Assembly (NCBI GenBank): GCA_000708835.1
Contig: DF236985.1
Coordinates: forward strand, 186,001 to 250,000
Source of the DNA: Klebsormidium nitens
Lineage: Eukaryota; Plantae; Klebsormidiophyceae
Direction of reading: 5' to 3'
DNA: 64,000 bases
The notes beneath the pieces were generated by a model. The model had not been told where the DNA came from, made no database searches, and worked only from the letters and a program-made list of their open reading frames with translations. Both the position numbers and the translations under genes were made by a program. This document shows, piece by piece, positions 47,028 through 58,867 of this stretch (positions are counted from its first letter, which is position 1; every line of letters starts with the position of its first letter).

Positions 47028-50000
47028 CTACATGAAGTACGTCAAGGACACCTTCTTTCGTGATCCTCCCTCCCCGTAAAGTTCATTCCACTCTTTCAAT
47101 TCCGCGACACTGCTGCTCTCTAAAGCAAGACTGGCGGCAATCTGCAGCAAAGGTCCCCGACTGATTAGTACCTGCCATTGGCGGTAGCTACGCTTCAAAT
47201 TGTTCTAAAACAACCACATGATCACCGCGTCTGTGCAGATCATAACACGACAATACCAAGCAGGCAAACTTATCCTGAATCATCGCACACAGCACACCAA
47301 CATTGACTATGATCCTGAGCAAACCAACAGTATCTGCATAAAGGTGCAAACGAACCGCCAGACTAACCGGCAGCAACTATTGTATACCACCTATCCAAAT
47401 TGCCGGACCGCCCTTTTCGCAGTCTGCTCACCTGCGCCTTCGCCTTTCGCATGTCGTCCATCGTCAGGGCCCGAAGCTGCACCATGGGCCGCATGCCCAC
47501 CGGGCTTTTCACACCACTGCTGCCACCAGCCTCCGCAGGGCCAGTGGGCTCCGATGTAAACACGCCCGTAACAGCGGGCTGCTCCTTCTCACCGTCCGTC
47601 GATGACGTCGCCGTCTCCGCAGCGTCCGGCATCCGATCGTGGCCTTTGTGCGTGGTACCAACGGTTATCTTTTCGGCCTCGACTGCGGGCTCCGACTCAG
47701 GGCTTGACACAGAGCCTTGGGGGTTCGAATCTGTGCCAGCCGCAAGGGGCGCCTCTTCCGGTATGGCTCCGGCAACCGCCTCTTCCGTCTCCGGCTCCGT
47801 AACAGTCGCTTCGACTTCAACGTGCCTCATTGCAACGTCAGCCGAGCCCTCGTCCGCTTCCACCCCTGGTGGCTCTGCCGCGTCGTCTGATGTCGAAGGT
47901 GGAAGACAATCAGTTACGGGCACTGCTGGGACTAATTCCTTTGCAGCTGCGGAAGAGGCTTCCGTTGTGGCTGCCTCAGCGTTGGTGCTCTTCTGGGCTG
48001 AGGCCGCTCTCCGCCGCTCCGCTGCTTCGAGCTTTGCCTGCAGAACGGCAGAAGGCGTGCAGTCAATCTAATCATCGAAGTGAGATGTCTGAGATCAAGC
48101 TCTTCACATCTGCCGCAAAAGCTTCCTTGGCCTAATATTAAGCTGAGCTCAGGAACCTACTTCGTATCGTCTAGAACCAAACTGGCCTACTTTCGAGGGT
48201 GCGGAGCGCTGCTGCTCTTTTGGTCCCAAAATTTCAAGACCCGAGGAAATTGTCAAATGTCAAAAGGACCGGGTTCCAGGGCTCCGCTAACCACCTTGTG
48301 TGCAGGCACTAATTTCCGAGTTAGGGCTTGGCAGACAGATATGTAAGATCACAAGGAGTGCGCAGGGATCACAAGCGTACCTTCTTTTCTTGTTCGAGGA
48401 GCTCCCTGATGGGTTGGTAAGCCGCCGCGACGCACAGGTTCTGCCAGAAATATACGCATTGTCAGAAACACCAATCAAGCAGACCCATGTCGCAGGCTTC
48501 GCTTGCCAGGGAAATCCAAACACAGCCACAAGAAGGTGACTGTGCCTTAGGCAGAGAAACAAGACAGAGAAACAACCCAGACGTTCCTCCTTTAGAAGCG
48601 GTGAGAAAGACGTTGCTTTTGCTAGCATCCTTGTCAGTTTGCTCCCTGACGAGGGAAATAATGGGGGTTGTCGCTAACCTTGAGGTCACTCCCCGAGTAC
48701 CCGTCCGTCATGTTGGCCAGCTCGTCGAAGTCGAAGCCCGGCTCGAGGTCCTCCTTGCCCAAAATCACCCGCAGGATCTGGGTCCGGTTGGCGGCGTCCG
48801 GCAGCTCCACCATCAGCCTGCACAAAAAGAGACGGAAAGTTCCAGTTCTACTACTTTGGAAGACTTGAACTGTGTTGATGCTGGTTCAGAAGCTTCGAAT
48901 GGCAATCTCTTGGCGTACAACATGCAGGGCAGGAATATGTGGTGGTCGCCGGATAGCGAACGGCCGCTGCTGGTGCTGCCGCTTCTCTCGAACTTGGAGT
49001 ACCGGGTGCGAAGACGACTACATTGCAACCTCTGCATTGAGCACGCATTTTCTTTTAGAAATTGCGAATAAAACAAATGGATTCCGCTGTGTTCGTCACG
49101 CTCGAGGGAATATTGCATGAGCAAAAGCAGTGGTGGGTGATTAAGGATGCGAACAAACAGACAGAGTTCGTTGAGACGTACCGTCTCGGGAACCGCCGCA
49201 CGATCGCGTCGTCGAGGTCGAAGGGCCGGTTGGTCGCCGCGAGCACGAGGACGCGCTCGTCGCTGCGCGTGCGGAGGCCGTCCCAGTTGGCCATGAACTC
49301 GTTCTTGACCTTGCGCATTGTTTCGTGCTCGTTGAACTGCCCGCGCTTGCCCAGCAGGCTGTCCACCTCGTCGATGAAGATGACCGTGGGCGCGATCTTG
49401 CGCGCGATGCTGAACACCGCCTTCACGTTCTTCTCCGCCTCGCCCAGCCACTGCGGAGTTGAGAAAAAGAGGTCGGTTGAGATTGTATGACTGATGGTGG
49501 GCTTGCCATGCTCTGCAGTCGGCAGCTTCTGTGCCCTTCGTTGCTAGTTGAAATTTTTTGACTCCGTGCAAATTGTGCTTCAATCGAACCCCCTTCAGAA
49601 AGGGGGGACTTCCCCAAGACACTCTGGCAGCTCACCAACGTGCAGGACGAGCGAAAAGGGTTCAGGTTTCGGAAGGTGGGGGCAATTCAAAAGCTTCAAG
49701 AACCTTCATTGACTGAGTAGAAAACAACGATAAAAGAACTCTGAGCCAACGACGAGCGTCCTTCTAACCTGGAACGCCTATCTTCCCTCTAAGCCTCGCA
49801 ATCCAGGAGGAAATCGGACGTTTTTCAAATCGGAAAGCTGATTTGTCGAATCCGACGCTGACACGTCCGGTTTGAAAAAGATGCTCAACTTTAGCAATCA
49901 GTTGCGCTTTTGATCCTGACGCCATCCTGATTGCAAGTCGCACAAGCAAACGCACCTTGGATAAGATATCCGACATTGACAAGTTGATGAAGTTGGCGCC

Positions 50001-53000
50001 CGCCTCCGTGGCCACCGCCTTGGCGAGCATGGTCTTGCCCGTCCCTGGCGGCCCGAAGAGCAGAATGCCCTTGGTGGGCTTCGTCAGCTGGCCCTTAGTG
50101 AAGAGCTCCGGGCGCTGCAGCGGCAGCATCACCAGCTCCTTCAGCGTCTCCTTGACGTGCTCCAGGGCGCCCACGTCGTCGAAAGTGACGCCCGTCTCGC
50201 TAGGGGGGACGACTTCCGACAGGACCTGGTCCTCGAACTTGTTGGCGGTGACGATGTTCTGCGGATGGGAGAAGGAGCGGTGTCGATCGGGCTGAGAGTT
50301 CGATGACAACGAGGGGAATCGACGGAAGACTGCCCTGAAGCTAGCTGGGAAGCAACTTTTGAGTGAAAGACGGGTTTGCCAACGTTGGCGGCGGGCTCTC
50401 GCCTCGAGAATGGATTGGGCCTAGGTTGTCATGCAACTCACAAATACAGTACATCTCGTGTCGTCTAAATGGAAGTATCTCGAAGATTGTCCAACGCAGA
50501 CAGTTAGAATCTAGTCGTCGCTTGAGACAGACGAGAGGAATCACCGCTGCATGAGAGGGAATACCACTGCACCTGCTGCCAACCTCGGAAGTCTGGTTGC
50601 ATGTACCTTCAACGAGCGCCTGAGTATCAACGTACCTTGAGCCGCTTTTTGGACACGAGCGCCTGCATCTTCGTCAGCTCCTCCTCGGCGACTCTTTCCT
50701 CATCCGCCACTCCGCTACTTGCCGGCTGACCAAAAACAAAAACAGGGTTCGACGAAAGCACTGACGGAAGGTAGCATGGGAGCAACCAAAAACAAGGTGC
50801 TTTTTCGAAGGTGGTATGCTCAAGCAAAATAATGCCAGGCGGACCGTTTTGAGCGGAGCTGGCCTCACGGAAGGTTGCCGAGCAATTTGAGCAGCCGTGA
50901 CGGCTGAAAAACGAATAACGTAGATGCTGGAAACATATGACATGGCAGTTCGATAGGACATGTCTGATTGGCGACGGCAACAGGATGAGGCACTGCGCGA
51001 AAGATGGTCACCGGAACACCTGCGCTTTTTTCACTTCGACAAATCTTTGCATTCGACTCGAACATTTCCGTTCTAGCAGAACCGGCTGATGAAGGGATGA
51101 AGGAGACAAGCGACAAGCACGGCCCGAAGTAAAGATGGCCCACTTTGTCTGGTTCCACCTTAGTGGTCCCGTCGTAGATGGAATCCAAAACTCGCACCCC
51201 GTACTCGATGCTGCAAAGGAAAAGTTAGACGCTCAGCACCGTCCTCATTGCAGCAAGGGCGAGTCGCTCAAATGGATTGAAAGCACCTAACATTAGAGGC
51301 CCCCTGAGCGCAGCCGAGAGTGAGCACAGGAGCGGTGCGTCAGCAAGGGGCCTAGCAATTGGCGCGAAGAACTGTAGCAACTTTCTGCCATCTCGAGGTC
51401 CCTCGAGATTGGACCTTCGGAACTGCATTTCGTATACCTGGACGTGCGGATTGTGTCTACGCTCAGGGAAACTGAGGGAATAAGCTACCAATTGCCCGGT
51501 TGGACAACAATAAGGTATCATTTTGACTTGCCCAAAATGTTGAATGCAGAATAATTTGTAACTTCAGATTTGCAGCTAATTTTGCCCCGTAAGATAACAG
51601 ATTAAGTTCGTAGTATAGTTGCCCAGGTTTCATAGCACACGAAAGTGAACGTTGGGCAAAAATTTGCCCAACCGGACGATTGGTACGGTACTTTGGAAGG
51701 GGAAGCCCACCTCTTCGCCGAGAGCATCAATTTCTTCTCGACGACCACCGGTTCAACCGTCTCCCGCAGATAGTGACCCGTAGCATAGGCCAAGATGTTT
51801 TCGGCCTCTGTAAAAGGATAAGCACGTCATCTTGATGTGTACGCGAATCTGGGATACATGCGATACATCTGCTGAACATGTCACGTACTAGAGTTTGCAA
51901 CCGACACAAACCCTAATGGGGCGTCTGCAGAAAGAAACACGAGTGTCCACAGGGACAGCTTCTGAAAAGGCTTGATATTGAGCAAGCCTTCGTCGTCCGC
52001 AGAGGGATGGGACGAGTAGCAAACTCTTACCATCTTCCGTCAAGAACCGGTCGTCGATGTTGACATCCTCCAGCTTTTCAATGCCGACTTTCAGGTAGCT
52101 AAGGACCTGCACAAGAAAAAGGAGTATTTAGAGGCACTCTGCCGAAGATCGCAAACCTCGGTCTACATGTGAAAACAGGCTGGCTGTTTTTAGCAAAGAA
52201 ACAAACGACAGGGAAATGCTGCGGCCGACATCACAAAGAGTACGCTTCTTCAGAGGAAGCGGGTGTAAAGCAAACCCACCTCTTCCAGAACTAACCGGTT
52301 GTCGATTGCTGTCAACTCTTTGGCGTCCTTCTCCATCTGCCGGTTCCACACCGCAAGCAAGGCATCTTCCTGCAAAAACGCCGTTACCAAAATGGAAATC
52401 AGAGGACCAGAATGATTTTACTAGAATTGTACGGCTACCACCGAAACGGCCAAGTCAAATTCAAGAACATCATCTAGTCGTTTGCATAGCTTCATTGAAA
52501 CCATTCACCTGTGTGCTAAAGACGAATTGAGTGCTTGAATCTACACAACATTGCTGCAGATCAAGCACGCATTTAGGCGGACGTTTGCACTGGAGGCTAC
52601 TAAGTGCTACTCGAGATGCTCACCCTCGGGGGCTGGATTGTAACTAGGTTGGGGAACAAGTCAAGCAGAGGGTCCTCGTCCACCGCCGTGTTCGACGCGC
52701 TGTCGCTTCCCACGTCAGCAGCGGCGTCCTGAAAGGCAGAAGCTAGCTCTGAGTGAAGCAAACTTTGATTAAAGGCAGATCCCGCAACCAGAGGAGACAT
52801 GTGGTATATCGGATGGACCTCGCGTGCTAAAAACCTTGTCAAAACCCCCAAAACCCAGCCTCAAAGCACTGAGGCAAAGTTTTGAGTGGGGTTTTTTAAG
52901 CTCTGAAGGTTGTGAAAAACATGCAGAAACGCTAGACTCCGAAATCGTGTTTGCTCTCTGTTCACAAATACTAGTGACCAACGTGCAAAGACGAGAGTGG

Positions 53001-56000
53001 CGGTGACTGCCGAACGTTCCGTAAGGCATCCGACTCTATTCTTACGGCCGCAGACAAGCTACATCTTAACGGACAAGTTTTGAACCAGCTTGGTGCTGGC
53101 TTTAAGTGCTATAAGCAAGGCCCCAACACCCGCTCTCAACGAAGCAGAAAACTTGATGACTCACAACTTCGTCGTCTTCGTCGCAATCAGTGCTGGAAGC
53201 GATGATGACAACAGGTGCTTCTCCCATGGTTGTGAGCTTGCCCAAAAATGCGAGCGACGCCTTCTGGTTCTTTGCAACCTCGCCGGCATGCTTCATGAAG
53301 ACAATCAGTGGGCCGATCTTGCTGGCATCTGCCACCACCTGCATCAATGAACACGGAAGAGATTAAGGAGAAAAGACTTGATCGGACGCACAAACCGACT
53401 CCCGTCCTTGCGACAGTGAATGTTAGAAGCGAATGAAGTTGCACAATTCGGATCTTTTACACTGAGCTGCTCGAGAGTACTTCAAACTTGGAATCACTTC
53501 TGTCCAAGATGTTCATTAGTTGGACTTACCTCGAAGAAGGCTGATATTGCTGGGAACGTCTCCTTTCCTCCAGCGGTTGATGCAGGGACAAGATCACTTG
53601 CTGCAAAAGAAAAACAACGTCAACTAAGTTGCAACTCGCTACCAAATAAAGACTCATCATAGGACAGGCTTTCTTGGACCGCTCTTGGACTACGTGCCTC
53701 CTCTCCAGTGCCCTCTCGAGAAACACAGGCTAGCAAGGAAATCGGAAGGAACCGCAAGAGAAGGCTCGAACAATCTAACAAATTGCAGGGACAAACTAAC
53801 AGAGTCGACGACCGAAAAGCCAGTGCTACTCACAGTAACAGACTTGACCGCGGCCAGGCTCGCACATCCCTCGGAGATCGCTTCCCCCTGGCACCTCTTC
53901 ATCGAAACGCACTGCGTGGCTTTCGTACGAAGCCAGGATGCGACCGGTTGTCCCCGCAACAGGCTGCCTGCGATGCGTCAACAATCAATCAGTGCAGTGC
54001 TTCACGCATCAACCAGTGCAGTGCGCCAAAAGTCAATCAGAACAGAGCCCTGGAACTACATCGTGCCTCAAGGAGAACAGGGAAGGAGAAAAAGCCTTGC
54101 CCGCCTCATCGCAAGAACTTCGAGAGATATCAGACTCAAGTATGTGCACAAGCAAGTCCCATCAAAACTTTCAGTCCTTTTGAGGAGAGCACTGGAGAGT
54201 ACACGCAGCGGTACTCACTGATAGTCGTCCTGCGGAGGTGTAATATAAGCCACCCTGTCCCCGACCTTGAAACTCTTCGACAGGGGCGCAGCCATAGTCG
54301 TCGCCGTGTTGTTTTGAACCGCTGACGTCACCCCCCCCTTCGCACCGGCTGGCCGCACACCCATTTGGATGCGGATGGCCGACGAGGGGGGAGGAGCGGC
54401 AGAGGTTCCAGGGTCTTTGGGCATGTGCGGGGAGGCATGGCTGGCAGCGACGGCAGCGGCTAAGAGCGTCGTCAAACCTACGAGACTCTTGCCGATGCTG
54501 TCGTTCTGCAGAAGATGGTAGAATTCAAAAAATCAGAGGCGTGCAATCGGTGTGGTGGAACTCTGTCTTTCGGTTGATTCTCAAATGGTCAAAAAAACAT
54601 CCACGGCTTTGCCTTGCTTCGAAACCTGATCTTTATGCAACGATGCAGCTCGTGCAATAAACTTCTGAAGGCGCTCGAGAAGATAGGTAGTAGTGGTGAA
54701 CCGTGAGACAGGAGCCGTTACAAAAGGTGGACAATGCGTCCAGTCATCTCCGTAGCACTTTTCGATGTGGATATCCAGGTGGGAGTATTCCGAAGAGCCG
54801 GCTGTGAAAAGTGCAATTCCGAAGTGAGAGAGATAAGGTCGCGGCTCATCACCATTGAAAACCGTGAGCCTGCTTCAAGAACCACAAGTACTGAGACTGT
54901 TCAAATCTATGTTCTGAAAGCGCACAGATGCCATCACTTTTTCGAAAAGGCCACAAGCAAGCACCTCACCAAGGTCTCTTTTGTGTAGGCTTGTACTGAG
55001 GATGAGGCCCCAGCCCCCCTGTCCGCTCTGTATATGCTTGCTCGCCTTGGAACCTTGTCAACTTCGTCCTGCAGTGACACGTTAACAGAAAATAGGGTGA
55101 AGATACGAGTAGTCTAAGATGGAAGGCTCAGAACAATAGCCATGACGTAGAAACGCTTTCAACCGAACCAATCATTTGACGCACATCCATCGGGGAAAGA
55201 TTAGCATGTTCCACCATCAAAGTGACCCCACAACACCCGTCTGAACCAGACCAGACGAGTATAATCCTCTTAGTTCCCAGGGCAAATCATCCACTGCGAG
55301 AGGGGGGCTCACCTCCGGTAGTAGATCTGCATGACTCACAACCAGCAGGCGTGCCTTGAAGTGCCGGGCCAATGCTTCTATCAGCCTCAGCTGATAGAGG
55401 TCAGAGCCTGCGACATGAAAGACCGTTGAGAGCAATTCAAGCTGACGCAACTGAAGAACTCACGTCCCTACCGTCAAGGCGCTGAACGTTGCAACAAAGA
55501 TAGCTGACACTCCGAGCGTCTGGCGAACTTGCAGGTACAAACGTAAGTGATTTGCTCCGTCATGCTCAGGAAGTAATGCATGTATGCTAGTGGATCTGTT
55601 CGAACAGTAGTGGAGCTACCTACAGTATCGTCATATTTACCTGTAGTGCAAAGAACTGTCAAACAAATTGGACCAGAAACTCTTACAAGAACTTTCAGAT
55701 CGCAAGTCCAAAGCTTCATTCATGCCCTCACCTTCTGTGCTCTCTAGAAGAATCGCATTGCTTAACGCTTGAAAGTCGGCGGCGTACTTGATAAACTCTG
55801 GTTTTTGCAGGTAAACAAACATCGAGCGCAGAAGAAGTTCCCGGGTTCGTTCACTGCACAGACCAAAAACCTCGATTTGCCTCACTTCGATATAACAGTT
55901 GCTATCAGACTGGAAGCATTAAGATTATTCAATCTTCTTGACATAAGGCACCTGACCACGATTGTGAAAACTTACCTTCTACCACCCTTTTATAGAAAGT

Positions 56001-56905
56001 CCCCCCAACCCAAAGCAAGTGACCATATATTCTTGAAAGATGGATCAGAGCTAAAGCAACTTGCACTTGAAGTTGCGTGCGTGGAGTGGGACAGTATAAG
56101 AGGGTCCCCTGAATCAATCTCTAAAAGAGCCCGGCCCTGTCTTTCAATGGCTTAAAGGAACTGAGATGAAGCCAGCTTTATCTTTCACCAGAGGAACAAT
56201 CACATCACGAATAACCCAGATCACTAGAGGATTCCAGTAGTCCTCTAGTAGGGAAAAAGTACTGAGAACACTGATCTTATTTCAAACACCACTCAATGCC
56301 TGTAACTCAAAAAGTCCTCGGAAAAGTCTTTCTAGAAACAGAAGGGAAAGTGTTTTTTTTCCGTCAAAGTTTCTCTGTAAGGTTTCGCTTCTGATCGAGC
56401 AGCGAAAGCCTTTGTTTCACACAAATGAAACGACAAAGCACACCATCTCACAAAAATCTCTCAAAGAGCTGCAGACCAATCGACCGACAGCAAAGTCCCA
56501 GGATCAAAAACCCTTGGGATAGAACCTCTTGTCTTTCAAAAACAGGTTAAGAGCCTGCAACAACACCTGCAACGCCATTTAAGGTGCCTATTCCAATGCT
56601 GCCGGAAACCAGCTTCAGTAGGGGGAAAGCGAAGCATACCTTAGGTAATAAGGAAAGTGCTCTAGATCGGTCTTCAGCCCCTCCCAACCCTCTATTCGAG
56701 ACTCCAGCTTCCTTTTGAACTTGTCGACCAGCTCTTTCTCCAAGCCCTCAGCTGTTCCAGATGCTGACAAGGGCTCACGAACTGCCGTGCTCTCTGAAGT
56801 TCCCATCCTTGGTTGATCTTCCACGGCTCTTGCTCCCAACAGCTTTCTTAGAGCAACCCCACCTGTAACAAGAGCAAGCGCTGAAAGGAGAGCAGGTGGC
56901 GCCAT
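47028..56905 (-). CDS. MSP1/ATAD1-spastin-related plant-type AAA+ ATPase with an N-terminal hydrophobic anchor (20 exons)
   Basis: Exons 56905-56640, 55853-55732, 55407-55313, 55068-54970, 54505-54219, 53967-53834, 53600-53530, 53338-53165, 52728-52624, 52369-52280, 52106-52031, 51807-51711, 51210-51159, 50725-50636, 50258-49956, 49450-49182, 48817-48679, 48440-48381, 48037-47432 and 47141-47028, all phase compatible. Walker A GPPGTGKT, Walker [25 protein letters not shown]-terminus [20 protein letters not shown]. The N-terminus is [19 protein letters not shown]. Confidence 0.93.
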
Positions 56906-58867
56906 ACTGAGGGCTTAGGGTCCTCCAACTTTTCCCAGCTTTTCCTGTTGCCCTTCAGAATGGCTGCACTTGAAGTGCTCTTGAAGTTGAAGTGCAGGAC
57001 TCCCAAGTGCAATCTCGAGCCAGAACGTCAACCACCAAATCCGATCTTGAACTTCGTTATCTTGATGAGGTCTGGATGGGTTTTGGACAATGAGCTTGGA
57101 TAGTGTGCGCGTCAAATCCAACCAGTGAAGTCGGTTCAGAAGGGCTTAGACAGGGGGAATGTGACCGGGCAGCTATAGATTTTCGATCTACCGTAGGTTG
57201 CGAAGAATGGAATTTATCCGGTAGACTGGGCCAGCTTCCACCGGCCACCTAAAACCAAATACGGTTTGCTTAGTTTGTGAGGTTGTGTACGACACCAACA
57301 AGTTGAAGAGGTTTGGTTGGGTTGAGTTTAGGTATAGCTTTAGGGTGGGTTAATAATAAGGGGGTTCTTCCACCTAGCGGTCCGTCTTCGTTCCCTAAAT
57401 TCCCATTGGCTGAAACACCGTATTTCTGCGGTGAACCGGTCTTTAACTGACCGGTCTTCCGAATTTTAAGTGCCACGTCGGCGGTCAAGAAAATGCATTT
57501 TCGCTACCGCTGGACTCCAGCGGTAGAGAAAATGCCCCAGTGGTCTTCCGAAGCTATCGGTGCTTTCAGCCAATCAGAAGACGGTGCACCGTGGGGGCTC
57601 GAAACCAAATGATTGGGTACCCTGTCTGCACTGGTGCCTCCATTTAAACAACGAAGACCGACCGGAAGAAAGACCGGAGGCCCCTTCCATCAAGCGGTGG
57701 TCGGTCTACAGTTCTCTGGAATCCTATTGGCTACCTTCACAGTCCTCCGGTCTTTCTAGCTGGTCTTTGTTTTTCCAATTTACGAAGACCGACCGCTAGG
57801 TGGAAGAAGGGCCTAAGGGGTGGGTAAGGCTCTGAACACTTCGTCACGCCCAGCATTGGGTAGCCATGGAGGTCCACGTAAAATGGACATGTTGTTTGGC
57901 GCTAGCCTGCTGTAGCCTGTGAGGGGAGGTTAGACGCTTTTCGTGATGGTTAGCACATACCAAGAAGGAGCTGCTAGGCAGTTCTGAGGGATTGCAGGAA
58001 TGATGCCAATGATGGTCAGCATGGCGTGAAGTAAAGCGTGTCAAGGCCAGCACGGTTCGTGTAAGTTGTTGCTGCGTTTGAGACTTCTGCTGTAGAGCTG
58101 TAAGGGTGTTGGTTTGAAACTTGGCAGCGTTTGGACAATCTTGATGCCTTATTGATCTTTGTCATATGTGATGTGGGTGATTCTGCTGTGAGCTAGCTGG
58201 CTGTAAGGTCATGTCGTACGCTTTGCATTGGTTTGTTGTGGTGCTGTCTTTGTGCTGGCTGTGCCATGTTTCATCCCAGCTTGAATCCTTCAAATGTGAC
58301 TACTAGCCGTGTGCCTGATCCTTTAGATTACTCCTCTATGGCGCTTTCTTCTGAGCACAGCTGGGTCCATGCCTGATCCTTTTGGACATAGAATGCTGTG
58401 TCGCACCCCTAGATGGCTGAACCTAAGCCTTGACTTTGTGTTTCTGGACACGGGAATGTGAAGGAAGTCTGTGAATGTTGCTTGCAATTCAAGAATTTGC
58501 CTCATGTGGAGCAGACTGTGCTGGTTTCTGAGTTTGAATAAGGACCAACTGAGGTTGCTTGAGTGCAATAGTGCAGGCCTAACTGGACTTGCTGAGCTTG
58601 TTTATCTCGGCCTCCATGACTAACAGTGGCTGGCATATGTGTGCTTGTAGACCTCTTGGCTTTGGCCCTACCACTTTCTGGAAGTGCTTTCTGTTGCCGG
58701 TGCCCTTCATAGACTCAGTTCAGGTCACTCTGTCAGCTTGCGTAACCACAGTTCTTTAGCTTTTACAGTACACACGCCGCTCTGATTCAGTACTTCATCT
58801 GCAGGCATCTCATGCAGCTCCCCTTGTCCAGCTGAACCGCACGTAGCATTGCTTCCCCTGGATCAAA
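56906..58867. promoter_or_regulatory. Divergent (bidirectional) intergenic/5' region between the two AAA ATPase genes
   Basis: The start codons at 56905 (-) and 58868 (+) face away from each other, about 1.96 kb apart. Confidence 0.55.
57365..57808. mobile_element. Non-coding ~444-bp MITE/foldback-like element with 27-bp terminal inverted repeats and internal hairpins
   Basis: 57365-57391 TTCTTCCACCTAGCGGTCCGTCTTCGT matches the reverse complement of 57782-57808 at 26/27. An inner IR pairs 57405-57420 with 57558-57574, and a hairpin spans 57495-57535. No clear target-site duplication. Confidence 0.5.
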
